Shown piece after piece: positions 38,377 to 49,590 of a stretch of 64,000 nt of DNA; position 1 is the first letter of the stretch, and each line of letters starts with the position of its first letter. This stretch comes from Octopus bimaculoides (Eukaryota). A program made the position numbers and the translations under genes. The stretch spans positions 91,653,718-91,717,717 of the forward strand of contig NC_068986.1 in assembly GCF_001194135.2 (NCBI RefSeq), read 5' to 3'. The notes beneath the pieces are model-generated. The model searched no databases, was not told the origin of the DNA, and saw nothing but the letters and a program-made list of their open reading frames with translations.

Positions 38377-39155
38377 CTTAGTATTACCACTCTTGCCACG
38401 GCCGCCTATGACATCACTCATAAGCAGATAATATTCTCATAACGAGTCTACAGTAAATATCACCAAAAGTCATTTATAGATTTTTTTCATTCAACGGGAA
38501 ATATTTTATCGAGCTTATGTAAAAACAAGAAAACTAAGCGTTTATTATTTTTTTAATTCCATCACTATTTCGGTAGTTTCCGTCAAGCAGTCGCTGCGTT
38601 AAAAAAACCGTCTGGCATAGTAACAATTCGAGAACGAGGCTTAATATAGTTGCCTGCGATGAACTTCCTTAGGATATAATTATCGGAAAAACTTCGAAAT
38701 AAATTAATTCAAAACTTTTTGTTAAATCAAATTAAAAATTATAGAAGTAGTTCTTATATTCAACTCTTTTTTTTTTCTGGCGCTGAAGTTTTCTTTTGAA
38801 ATTTTTCGTTTCGTAAGCTATAAACTATATGTAACTTCAGTAATAATTAATGCCACCTTAGAAAAAAAAATTATGACTAGTATTGAGCAGAAAATGTTTT
38901 GTATTGTATATTATATTTGCAAGTTTGCGGATATCTCTCTTGAATTTTATTTTTAATGTTTTCCTCACTTCCGGTAAACGCTCCGCAGTGAATCATATGT
39001 CACATGGTCATGTGTTGAGACATAGAAGTATTCTCACCGAGCTTTTCTCCTGTTTCTGATATTCCTTTATTATTGTTTGTCATTTTTTTTCTTCCTTTCT
39101 CTCGGAAATATTTACTTAAAACTTTCCTCTCTCTCTCATTATCTGATCCTTCAGA
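38377..39155. promoter_or_regulatory. Bidirectional promoter / 5' UTR region shared by BIRC6 (-) and TBCB (+)
   Basis: Divergent ATGs at 38376 and 39156. Appears CpG-richer than the flanks by eye. ETS-type CCGGAAGT on the - strand (38967-38974), GTCACATG E-box-like site (38999-39006), YY1-like AAGATGGCG over the BIRC6 start. Confidence 0.65.
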
Positions 39156-39275
39156 ATGTCTGAGAACTTCACAGTTGTCACAGCTCCCTATGTGGAACTG
39201 ACTATAACTAGCAACATAAGTCCCATCACGCCTATAAAACGGTTTCCCAAGGATTTGACAATCGCCGATTTAAAG
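39156..39275 (+). CDS. TBCB: Tubulin-folding cofactor B, coding exon 1 (UBL domain start), phase 0 out
   Basis: MSENFTVVTAPYVELTITSNISPITPIKRFPKDLTIADLK resembles the TBCB N-terminus (human ..SAPTVTVFISS..EKRY..LTIAEFK). Donor AAG|GTAACA at 39276. 120 nt. Confidence 0.93.
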
Positions 39276-39317
39276 GTAACATGTCAGAAGCGAAATTATT
39301 CTTTTCCAGTTTGCTCT

Positions 39318-39337
39318 CTCTCTTTCTCTCTCTCTCT

Positions 39338-39368
<31 letters not shown>
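39318..39368. repeat. (CT)n(CTT)n microsatellite at the start of TBCB intron 1
   Basis: Direct reading. Confidence 0.85.
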
Positions 39369-41689
39369 TCATGCGTACAATTCATGAAATGATGATCAAG
39401 GTCACAGTTTCCCGAGTTGACCAAAGACAGACGTCTTGAATGTTGGTGACGGTCACGTTTGGTGTGTGTAACCCAGCTCTCTATCTTGACATTCCACGAT
39501 AATTTCATGTTCCTTTCGGCTTCAACACCACACCAACCGGCAGACTTTCTGAAAATGTGAGATGTATCATGTTATTTATATTTGTTTCCTGTTAGTAGAT
39601 TTAGCTATGAGATCAGGAGTTGAAGATTTGCTATAGTCACTACATTCTGCTTGTATCCATGGACCTCTATGTAGTCATTTAGCCTGCTTGAAATAACAAC
39701 CACACCTTCCCTCAAATCACACAACTTTTTAAAAAATGTCCATACGTTGGAATTTCTGTTTTTGTCAGGCTCTCTCCAAATTGTTTTTGTACAGAATATT
39801 GCAAAATAATCGCGTTGGGGTAGACGTTTGAAAAACATGGATTAATTTTTTCTAAGTCTCCCCCACCTCTATTGTTTTGAAATATGAAATACACAAAAAA
39901 AAAAACTGGAAAAATCCCGACAAAAAATCCCGATAAAAACGGATAATTTTCAACTAATGTCGGACAGCCATTCCGAAAATTCCCTTAACGAGTTTCATGT
40001 TTTGTCTGGATTCGACTATATATAAAGTCTGTCAGCATTTGTAATTTTACGTAAAAAAAATCATTAATGCTGTTTTTTTTTTTTTTCTTAAATATTTTAT
40101 TATTTTATTTGATTGATATCATTTATAATCGTGGCTTGGAGTTTTGGTTTCTGTCTGATATTTTTAGGAATCCCTGCAAGTCTGGCCGATCAGTTTAAAA
40201 ATCAGCACTTTGCTGTCGCCAATGCAGCATTTCTCTTTGACGATCATGACGTTTAACTTTTAATAGCTGAGCAGCTGTAAGTAGGTACCGTAGGCTAATA
40301 TACGTACACAACTGCATTACATGGCCAAAACAAGTTCAACAAGCTCTAAGTATCATAAAGTAGTGTACATAGTACTATGTCATGCAAATATGAAACTTCT
40401 CTCTCAACAGTCTAACTGTAAATAGGTACAAGAGGGTGGTGTAGAACATGCACCCCACCCATTTTTTTTTTTTTCTTTGAAGAATAAAGATAACGAAAAG
40501 GGGTGTGGTGCTGTTCTACACCTTTGTCCCAAAATCAGTGTTCTTATCTGCTCACTATTCCTTATCAACTGTTTTAATCCTACGTTCATAAGAGAGCCTC
40601 TATGTAGACATTTGTTGCTAAGAATAGCATCCAAATCTTCCTCAGATCACAGCCTACTTTAAGGCAAGTTCCACAATTTACTGTTTATATTCTGTCAACA
40701 GCACTGCTGTGTAAGTGACTAGGACACCTTATTCTTAAAACAGCTTGCTTGGCTGAAAATAAGCACAACACTATTATTAACAACAGTAGCACTGTGCAAT
40801 TGTCAAGTATTCTGTTGGTTTTGCAATTCTGCATTCAACTCTTTTTTTCTTTTTTTTCTGGCCTGAAAAAAGGGGGCTATAGCTTGGCCTTCAAGGCTCA
40901 CTTCAAAGCTGGTGCGATTGATACCTTTAGTGTTCTGCTTAAATTGCAACAAGTCAATTGACTTGCAGTAAAGATGTGCTGCGAGAAAATTCCAGAAGCC
41001 TGACATTCTACTAGTGTAAGGTTTACTGGATTGAATACAATATGAGGAATGAGTGGAGGAGAAAACAATAGAATCAAGAATGCCTGTGTGGAGGGCCTTC
41101 TCTAGAACTTACTCTCAAACCAGAGTTCCCCAGTTATCTCAGTATTGCCACCAACCCTCATCTTTGGATTTGGAGCATGATTCTGATTACAGAAGTGTTT
41201 TAGCTCTAAGCTTACCACATCTAACTCTTGGTGATGGTACAAATAAAGGAACTGCTTCTCATCCTGCTAGAAATAGCAGTTAAATTTCCTTCAAACCACA
41301 TCCTACTATCTTTAAAAAAAAAAGAGACACATTGGATAATGTAGTCTCGTGCACTATTTTTGAAATAAAGGTAGCATTATAATAGCTTCAATTATTTTGA
41401 TCATAGACTGTTTCATCTAGGCAAACTTTAGGATTAAATGATACTAACATTATGTGAAAATCTTTTTTGACTACAGACAGTAGCAAGATAAAACTGAGAC
41501 AATGTAGAATGAAGTGTCTTGCCATCTTTCCAGACACTCCCACCCTTATATAATGTGAGGTAACTATATACCTTCTCTACAGCAAGACAGCTCTGATTAC
41601 CCTTGGCATAAAGCTACTTCTCCTCTCACCTAGTCAGGGATGCTTTTCCTTCAGTCTTTTCTGACTTGCAAGTTATTTGGCAACCTCAC

Positions 41690-41890
41690 TAGGGCTTGCG
41701 ACACAAAAATAGTACCCAGTACACCCTGTAAATTGGTTGGCATTAGGAAGGGCATCCAGCCACAGAAACCATGGCAAAACAGACANNNNNNNNNNAAGGG
41801 CATCCAGCCACAGAAACCATGGCAAAACAGACATGGAGCACAGTGCTATCTTGCAGTTCACTTGGCCACCATGAGGCACCTGTTAGTCAT
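41690..41890 (+). mobile_element. RTE-tail-related repeat spanning a 10-N gap (TBCB intron 1)
   Basis: ttggttggcattaggaagggcatccagc core shared with the RTE 3' UTR. Confidence 0.55.
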
Positions 41891-42945
41891 TGTTGCAGAT
41901 TAGACCCAGATCAGCCCTGATCCAGCACAAGTGTTTCAGCTGTAGTTGTCCCATCTCTTTATATATCTGTGGTTGCATTGTCCAGTGTGTTCTTTTTTAA
42001 AACGTTGAAGTGTAATTTGAGGGAGTTTTTTTGGCTGCTATTTCTAGCAAGTCAAAAAATCCTAGTAGTTTCTTATGCTACTGTCACAACTGGGTGTGTA
42101 CTTAGGTTTTTTACATTTATCTGGGAAATAACGACCAGTTCATCTGGAAATGTTCCCTACATCAGTCAAAGGAAAGATTTATCTCCTATCTACTGAATAC
42201 TACAAAATCAAAGCTAAATATCAACCCTTTAAAGCACCTCAAGAACATATGGATTTCAGAATCTTTATAATAATTTGCTTGTTCATTCGCCCGTTATACT
42301 TTAGTTAGTTGGAGAGGTGGAGTAAAAATGTGAGATGGGGAGAGAAATGTGAGTAGAGAAGAAAGAAGAGAGGAGTATAATAATACACTAAGGCCAAGTG
42401 CATCATGTGGTTAGTTGAAGGGAGAGGTGAAGAGCAAAAGAATAAAACAGTGAGAGAAGTGTTAATAGCTTGCTGTAGGATGGGGAGGGAAAGATGAAGA
42501 GAAAGAGAGAAGACATGAAGTGGGGAATTACATGGTTGAAAAGTTTGTTGGAGAAGTAGAGAGAAAGAGAGAAATATAAAGTGCTTAGCAGAGGGAAATT
42601 TCAAACTCATGTAATATATTATTGTGACTGGAAGTGAAATAACTTAGCAAAATAAAAATGCAAATCTTCCTTTCTTTCTTAAATAGCTTCTCTTAATCAC
42701 AGGTCCCACTAGTATTACATTACTAGAGCAAGTGTTTTGACATCTTGTTGCTATTCATATTGCTAACAGTGTACCAGAAAATAAAACAGGACATATTGAC
42801 AGCCCTCTTATCTGTGAAACATTTTAAAATTATGGTTAGGTGTCTGGAATTTTAACTGTTTTCCTAAGTTGCTGTGTTTCTCTAAACCTTCATTTGCAAT
42901 AGATCTGGATATAAAATATCTACTTTGTATTATGTGCATTTCCAG

Positions 42946-43083
42946 ATGAAATTAATTCTGTTAACTGGTGCCACAATGAATATGAAGCTCCACTTGTATC
43001 AAGCGAAGAAAAGCATTTGCAGTATGGATGAAGATAGTGCTCTTTTAGGTTCCTTTCCAGTTGAAGATGGCTACATTTTGCAC
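42946..43083 (+). CDS. TBCB: TBCB coding exon 2 (UBL domain)
   Basis: Acceptor tttccag, donor CAC|GTAAGA. MKLILLTGATMNMKLHLYQAKKSICSMDEDSALLGSFPVEDGYILH matches the TBCB KLEL..G..M.L.L..D.DALLGSYPVDDG.RIH pattern. 138 nt, phase 0 to 0. Confidence 0.95.
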
Positions 43084-43159
43084 GTAAGATCAAAGATTTT
43101 TTTGTGAATTTTCCTGATGTTCTACTAGTACTAATGATGATGATAAGTTTTTAGGCACA

Positions 43160-43700
43160 AAAGCAACAATTTTGAAGGTGTGGGAATTCAGTTGATATCA
43201 TGAACTCCAGTACCTGACACCTGATGACAAATTTGCTGAAGGAGAGCACTTTGCTCTCCACTCTCATTTTCTTTTCCAAATGAAACTTTTGAAAGTTGAT
43301 GAGGGTGGGACCAAAGAGGAAAGTGTCTGTCATCAATCAATTCAGGTTGTCCATCATACAACCCCTTTTGCCATAGCCACCAGACAGATGAACATTGCCT
43401 ATTCTGCCTTGTTAAAGGCAGGAATGTGGGGTGATCCTCACAATGAAGTCAGCCATTAGCCAGATTCGTCCTACACATTACAACAACTGTTCAAATCTAC
43501 AAGCCAGCAATTCCAAGATGCTGCATGAAAGTATGCAGTAAATTTCATCACTCTGCATGCGTCTCAGACAGTCCCACCTAGTGGCACTTCTGTGCCTGTA
43601 GATTATCTCTGAGCAGTAGTTCCTCTTGGTAGCACTGCCAAGCCAAGAATTTCTGGAAGTTGTCCATAGTAGTCTCTTCAGAAAAGAAGAGACCAGTCAG
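43160..43700 (-). mobile_element. Degraded L1/Tx1-like LINE, ORF2 3' region (TBCB intron 2)
   Basis: The - strand reads DNFQKFLAWQCYQEELLLRDNL...TDTFLFGPTLINFQKFHLEKKMRVESKVLS, typical of the zf-RVT and C-terminal region of Tx1-like elements. Confidence 0.55.
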
Positions 43701-43879
43701 TTCATCCTCATTGACTGAGAATGCTATTACTCTTACTTACCCCTGGTTTTCTCTGTATTGTTAAAGTGGAACTTCTACCATTTTGATGAGGAGGAAACCT
43801 TTAATTATATAAAATCCTACCACTTGGCTAGTACATATTTTATTAACCTTGGTATTATGTAAAGCTAAGTTAATCACAA

Positions 43880-44080
43880 AGGCAGTGAGCTGGCAGAATC
43901 ATCACACATCAGACAAAATGCTAAGCAGCATTTCTTTCTGCTCTTTAGATTTTGAGTTCAAACCCCAACGGTATCAGCTTTGCTTTCTGTCCCTTTGGGT
44001 CAGTAAAATGTAATACCAACCAAGAACTGAGGTTGATGTAATTGATTTGTCCCTTTCCCTCAAAATTGTTTGCCTTAAAC
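43880..44080 (+). mobile_element. SINE family D (core resembling gtcgactttgcctttcatcc...gtaccag, Meta-domain-like)
   Basis: ggcagtgagctggcagaatc head, gagttcaaac B box, conserved core. Superfamily name is from memory only. Confidence 0.6.
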
Positions 44081-45578
44081 CCTGCAGTGAACCAGCTTCT
44101 CATTTAGTGAGAATATTGTGGTCTCTGTCACTTTTACATCTGCCATGGAAACCAAGTAGTCAGCATTATGAGTCCTAAGGCTCAAGGAAAAACAAATATA
44201 GATAAAAGCTTTACAAATACAAAGGGCTATAACTTAATATAACATGATAATTTTTCTACCTCATCTGACATATATAAAAGGCCACAAATTTTTTTTATGG
44301 CAAGGAATATATATATAATCAATTACATCAACTCCACTATAAGTCCCCATATTTTATTGATCGTGGAAAGATGAATGGCAAAGCTGATCCCAATAGGATT
44401 TAAACTACAATGATAACAAAAATATTTCTAAGACTGATTATTGATCAGAAATTTGGAGAGAAGGGTATGGTCATTGTACAGACACCAGTACATGACTGGT
44501 ACATATTTCATCACACCAGGAAATATCCTTCTGTTCAATATTCTATTGCTTTATCACTGCTGTATTAGTAACAGAAATCTCTATGGCACAGGTCCACAAT
44601 TTATTAGGAGGTGTCTAAGATCCGTTTTATGTATTTAGCAATAAACTGTCTGTAATTGTGTCTGGTTTGAGGATATAAATTACTTGAGCAAAGTGATCCA
44701 GAAGTTATTAGTCATCAGTGCAGTTTCAAAAATCTCAGATTTTGTGACATTTGTAATTCTAGCCATCATATGACAAAAAACAACTACAAATATTCACCAA
44801 AAAATCCTGAGTCTGCAATTCAAAATTCTCTGGTATTTGCCATCTTGATTATGATAAGTAGTAACTAGTGACATGTTACAATAAGTCATGTCATTGTGTT
44901 CAATGACCAATGTGCAAACTTTTAGAAATTTGGGAATTACACTTTTTATATATGATGAAAGAGCTGTCTTATTGACCATCATATTTCCTGATTTTGCTTT
45001 TTTGTTAGGTTTAGATGCAGTGATGTTTTGCATTGAAAAATTTAAACAAATTGAAAATTAACAAATTTTCTGGTAATTTTTTATTTTAAACAAATTCGGC
45101 CATTGTTTACTCATTTTTGAATGAGACATTGAAGGTGCCTACTTATCTTCCAATTAATATTCTGAAATTTGAACAGAAACTCTCAATTTTGCCTATTTAT
45201 GGCCAAATGTAAAATGTGTAACAAGATATGTAAAAATGTGTGAACTTTTCTATCTATTTTCATCTTAATTTTCATTACTATGTGAGTCTATGTTATAAGG
45301 TAATAGGTATACAGTTGATAAAGACAACACTTTTGTTGCATGACCCAACTGGAGAAAAACCTTTTTAAAGTAACTATCTGTACAGTATGTGAAGTGCAAG
45401 TTCCTATTATGGTAAACTCCCCTCATCCTACCAACTGTGCAGCTCTTTCAATATTTTGTGTAATAAAGGTAACTGCTATAGCATTTCTATCTAGCTTACA
45501 TTTTCCTGCACTGTTTACAAATGCAAAATACTATCATGTACTCATATAGCTTTCGTCCTTAAACCCTACATATTACAG

Positions 45579-45672
45579 GTGACTGATGATTCTGTAACTC
45601 CAGCTGATGATGTAGAGTGTGACGTAGAGAATCGCTATCAAATGTCAGAAGCAGAATATGCCAAAAAGACAG
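45579..45672 (+). CDS. TBCB: TBCB coding exon 3
   Basis: Acceptor tattacag, donor CAG|GTGAAT. VTDDSVTPADDVECDVENRYQMSEAEYAKKT aligns to V.D...VEKY.IS.E.Y.KR. 94 nt, phase 0 to 1. Confidence 0.9.
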
Positions 45673-45824
45673 GTGAATTTTATTATTATTTTTTGGTAAT
45701 ATTTTTTGTGTTATATAAATATTGGCAATTTCTGTGTGTGTGTGTGTGTGTGTAAATACACTCAGAGTAAGAACAGGTTGGAGAGAGTTCAAAGAGTTAT
45801 TACCACAATTAGTAACCAGGTTTC

Positions 45825-46250
45825 TCTCTCAGGGTGAAATATAGACTGTAAGATGCTCGTGAATGAATGTCTCATTATGTGATAGTGAGGTGTGGGCCCT
45901 GAATACTGAGGAATTGCTAAGACTAGAAAGAAATGAACTAAGGATGTTCTGTTGGATGTGTAATGTCATTGAACATGAATGTTAAAATATAAGTATGTTG
46001 AGAGAAAAATTTGGCATAAGAGGAATCAGATGTAGTGGGAAGAGGGTAGACTACATTAGTATGGGTATGTGATGCATATAAAGGCAGTTATATAAAAAAA
46101 GTGCCACTCATTGAAAGTGGGTGGAACCTGTGGGAGAGGAAAACCCAAGAAGACAAGGGATGAAGTAGTGAAAGCTGATTTCATGGGGATCATCTCATGG
46201 AGGAGATGTTAAAAGACCAAGATGATTGAAAATATCTTATATTTGAAAAG
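45825..46250 (+). mobile_element. RTE LINE fragment in TBCB intron 3
   Basis: DSEVWALNTEELLRLERNELRMFCWMCNV...LREKFGIRGIRC...KKCHSLKVGGTCGRGKPKKTRDEVVKAD across frameshifts. Confidence 0.75.
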
Positions 46251-46293
46251 AACCGTAATAAAGAAGCTGTATTTTTACCATTTTCATTTGCAG

Positions 46294-46426
46294 ATAATTT
46301 CCGGACTTACAAAGAGAAGAATTTAAAAAATCTTTCTGAATTTAAAAGCAAAGAAAATTTAAAGCAGCATGAAGATAAAGTAAAAGAGGAGGAGAAACGA
46401 GTTGAATCATTTAAAATAGGAGACAG
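46294..46426 (+). CDS. TBCB: TBCB coding exon 4 (coiled linker)
   Basis: Acceptor ttttcatttgcag, donor CAG|GTAAAA. DNFRTYKEKNLKNLSEFKSKENLKQHEDKVKEEEKRVESFKIGDR ends in the typical (I/V)G.R before the CAP-Gly domain. 133 nt, phase 1 to 2. Confidence 0.9.
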
Positions 46427-46649
46427 GTAAAAAAAATTTTTTTACTGAAAATGTGAGCTGTATCGTGTTATTTATATATGTTTCCTGTTAGTAGATTTAG
46501 CTATGAGGTCAGGAGTTGAAGATTTGCTATAGTCACTACATTCTGCTTGTATCCATGGACCTCTATGTAATCATTTAGCCTGCTTGAAATAACAACCACA
46601 TCTTCCCTCAAATCACACAACTGTAAATGGTCTATAAATGATGAAGATT

Positions 46650-46830
46650 ACAACATTCCCCAGAAGCATACTCCAGTCCATCATTGGGTTACTCATTTAC
46701 CCTGAGTGGACTGGAACAATATGAAGTGAAGTACTTTGCTCAAGAACACAACACTCTGCTCATTCTACGAATGAAAACCACAGTATTGCAATCGTAAATG
46801 TAATACCCTGACCACCAGGCCATGCACTTT
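46650..46830 (-). mobile_element. SINE fragment in TBCB intron 4
   Basis: Colinear with 20880-21065. Confidence 0.6.
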
Positions 46831-47034
46831 GGCTGTGATTGACCAGTCAAATATTTCCAAAATCACTCTCAAACAAAATGTTTTTTTTAGTTATGTCCCT
46901 TTACATTCTGGCACTCGGAGCGCAAATTTCTTGAGTTTGCCATTCATCTTTCTGGTGTTGATAGACTTAGTACCAATATTGATTCATTCATATCCTACAA
47001 ATCTATGGCCTTATGCCTCAGAAATTATTATTGT

Positions 47035-47200
47035 TATTCAAATTCCACCAACTTTGCTTTTCATTCTTTCAGAGTCAATAAAATAAGTGCCAATCAAGTA
47101 CTGGGACCAATGAAATCAACTTGCTCCCTCCCACAAAATGTCAAGCCTTGTGCCTATAGTAAAAACGATTATTATTATTATTATTATTATTATTATTGTT
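47035..47200 (+). mobile_element. SINE family D copy whose (TTA)n tail abuts the TBCB exon 5 acceptor
   Basis: ttcaaattccaccaactttgcttttcattc...gccttgtgcctatagtaaaaacgattattatt. Confidence 0.65.
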
Positions 47201-47256
47201 GTTGTTGTTCTTGTTATCATAGTCATTATTATTATTTCTTTTTTTTTATTCAATAG

Positions 47257-47312
47257 ATGTAAAGTAGTAGTTAATAACCAGCCTCCTCGAACAGGAACAA
47301 TAAAATATCTTG
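47257..47312 (+). CDS. TBCB: TBCB coding exon 5 (CAP-Gly start)
   Basis: Acceptor ttttattcaatag, donor TTG|GTATGT. RCKVVVNNQPPRTGTIKYLG matches RCEV...PRRGTVMYVG. 56 nt, phase 2 to 1. Confidence 0.93.
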
Positions 47313-47510
47313 GTATGTACACTGTTTATCTTGTGTTGATTTATTATTGATTAGCAAAATCATTAAAATGTCAGGCAGAATTCCTTACAATATTTAGTTG
47401 TTATGGTTCTTTGTATTTTGAGTTTGTATCCTTCTTAGGTCATCTTTGCCTTTCATCCACCCGTCTATTGCATAAGATATTTGCAACATGAGTTAGATTA
47501 TTTTGTAGAG

Positions 47511-47830
47511 CAGAAGTTTTCAACCATTTTTTACCTATGAGCCCCTTAGATTCCTATTTTATTCTGGTAGACCCCCATAGCCATTTGATGTTTAAAAACT
47601 AGTTTTATGGATACTTCTTTCAAAGTTCCTATTTTGTTAATCACACATTCCCTTGTATAGTTTGAACTATGTAAAACATCAGAGAAAGACACTTAGCTGT
47701 TTTTTTTGCAATACATACATCTAAAGCAAAATCTTTTCATAAACCCATAAAATTCTACTGTGGACCCAATGTACTGTTTTGCTTGTGTGGCCCCCAGAAA
47801 TCTTTTATGGACCCTGGTTGAGAACCCTTG
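47511..47830. mobile_element. hAT (Charlie-like) MITE, copy 2 (TBCB intron 5)
   Basis: Termini CAGAAGTTTTCAACC and TTGAGAACCCTTG. Flanks TTGTAGAG / GTGTAGAA. Internal sequence is colinear with 30532-30890. Confidence 0.65.
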
Positions 47831-48222
47831 GTGTAGAACATGTGGTGTGTGGGTTGTATTGTATGATGATTCCTGTTTTGTATGTGTGCTATGAAGGTTG
47901 TTTTAGGTTATTACGTAGTACTTCTGTAGAATAGGAATTGGCAGTATAGTATAGAGAAGGAAGTGCCTCTTCCCAGCAAACTTCTTGAAAGGTGGATGAG
48001 ATTACATGCATGGTTTGAGTTAGTGGACCTACACTGAGCATGCTCCTGTAGACTGGAGAAGGACAACTAAGAGAGACCAATGTTTTAAGGGGTTTCCACA
48101 TGTAATCCCCAGTGATCTTTAATCAGTAGAGCATTGGACAAAATATCTTATTTTCAATGTTGTGTTTTTTTTTTCCCTTGTATATTTATTATTTCATCAT
48201 GACTGTTGTATTTTACTTCAAG

Positions 48223-48295
48223 GTCTTACTGACTTCCAGTCTGGTCACTGGGTTGGAATACAATATGACGAGCCTGTTGGAAAAAATGATGGCAG
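48223..48295 (+). CDS. TBCB: TBCB coding exon 6 (CAP-Gly GKNDG motif)
   Basis: [25 protein letters not shown] contains the canonical CAP-Gly GKNDG. Acceptor ttttacttcaag (AAG), donor CAG|GTAGGA. 73 nt, phase 1 to 2. Confidence 0.96.
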
Positions 48296-48329
48296 GTAGG
48301 AAAAAATATTGTCACTATCATCATCATCA

Positions 48330-48534
48330 AGGTGGCAACCTGGCTGAATCATTACCACACCAGACAAAATGCTTTGCAACATTTCAGCCATCTTGTTCTG
48401 AGTCCCAATTCTGCCAAGGTTATTGCCTTTCATCCTTTTGGGATCAATAATTAAACCAGTCAAGCATTGGGGTCAATGCAATCAACTAGTTATCTCCAAC
48501 CAAAATTTCAAGCCTTGTTCCTTTAGTAGAAAGG

Positions 48535-48592
<58 letters not shown>

Positions 48593-48610
48593 TTATTATT
48601 ATTATTATTA
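48330..48610 (+). mobile_element. SINE family D copy just after TBCB exon 6, with long (TAC)n(TAT)n tail
   Basis: ggtggcaacctggctgaatc head, gccaaggttattgcctttcatcc core, tail 48536-48610. Confidence 0.7.
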
Positions 48611-48944
48611 TACAGTCAACAAATTAGACTGCTGGAAAAGAAAGGAATCCTAACATCAGGCTACAAGTAGCCTTAGATGCCAAAAACCCTCCTAAGTATC
48701 CTAGTTGTCCCTAATAACACTGTTATTATTAATAATAATAATAAAAGATCTGGAAATAGAGATGACCCATGTGGAGCCTGAAAGCAAAAACAATCTCTGT
48801 AATAATATGTGTTTGTGAAATGATCAAAACACCTGCAGGAAAACATGCACACAAATACATAACCACAATTCCAGAACTTATAAAACAATATGCAATAACA
48901 TTGAGAAAATATCCTAAGTATTGCACACAGAGCTGTGCTTCGTG

Positions 48945-49325
48945 GTTGGCACTCCGTTGGTTACGACGACGAGGGTTCCAGTTGATCCGATCAACGGAAC
49001 AGCCTGCTCGTGAAATTAACATGCAAGTGGCTGAGCACTCCACAGACACGTGTACCCTTAACATAGTTCTCGGGGAGATTCAGCATGACACAGAGTGTGA
49101 CAAGGCTGGCCCTTTGAATTACAGGCACAACAGAAACAAGAAGATAGAGTGAGAGAAAGTTGTGGTGAAAGAATACAGCAGGGTTCGCCACCACCCCCTG
49201 CCGGAGCCTCGTAGAACTTTAGGTGTTTTCGCTCAATAAACACTCACAACGCCTGGTCTGTGAAATGAAACCGCGATCCTACGACTGCAAGTCCGCTGCC
49301 CTAACCACTGGGCCATTGCGTCTCC
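48945..49325 (-). mobile_element. Full-length tRNA-derived SINE (family C) in TBCB intron 6
   Basis: The - strand starts GGAGACGCAATGGCCCAGTGGTTAGGGCAGCGGAC (A box TGGCCCAGTGG) and ends ggaaccctcgtcgtcgtaaccaacggagtgccaac. CpGs retained. Confidence 0.8.
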
Positions 49326-49354
49326 ACTTAACACAATGAAAACACTCAGTAAAA

Positions 49355-49590
49355 ATACTACTACTACTAATAATAATCCTTTCTTCTGTAGACAGAAGGC
49401 TAGCAATTTTGATGGTTGGTGACAAGTTGATTACATCAACTCCAGTACTTGATTGGTACTTTATTCTATTGACAGTGAAAAGATAAAAGGCTAAGTTAAC
49501 CTTGGTATCATATGTATTCAAAACATAAAGAGCTGGAAGAAATGCCACTAAGCATTTTGTCTGATGCACTAGCAATTCTTCCAGTTTGCC
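49355..49590 (-). mobile_element. SINE family D copy, - orientation (TBCB intron 6)
   Basis: Reverse complement of family D (ccagtacttgattggtactttattc...aaaggctaagttaaccttgg). Confidence 0.6.

Noticed and set aside
38377-38421. Upstream in-frame ATG extending BIRC6 by MSDVIGGRGKSGNTK
   Set aside because: Not used as the start because the downstream ATG has the stronger aagATGGcg context and homology begins after it. Cannot be excluded without transcript data.
41748-41833. Apparent 38-bp tandem duplication (aagggcatccagccacagaaaccatggcaaaacagaca)
   Set aside because: The two copies sit on either side of a 10-N gap, typical of unmerged overlapping contig ends.
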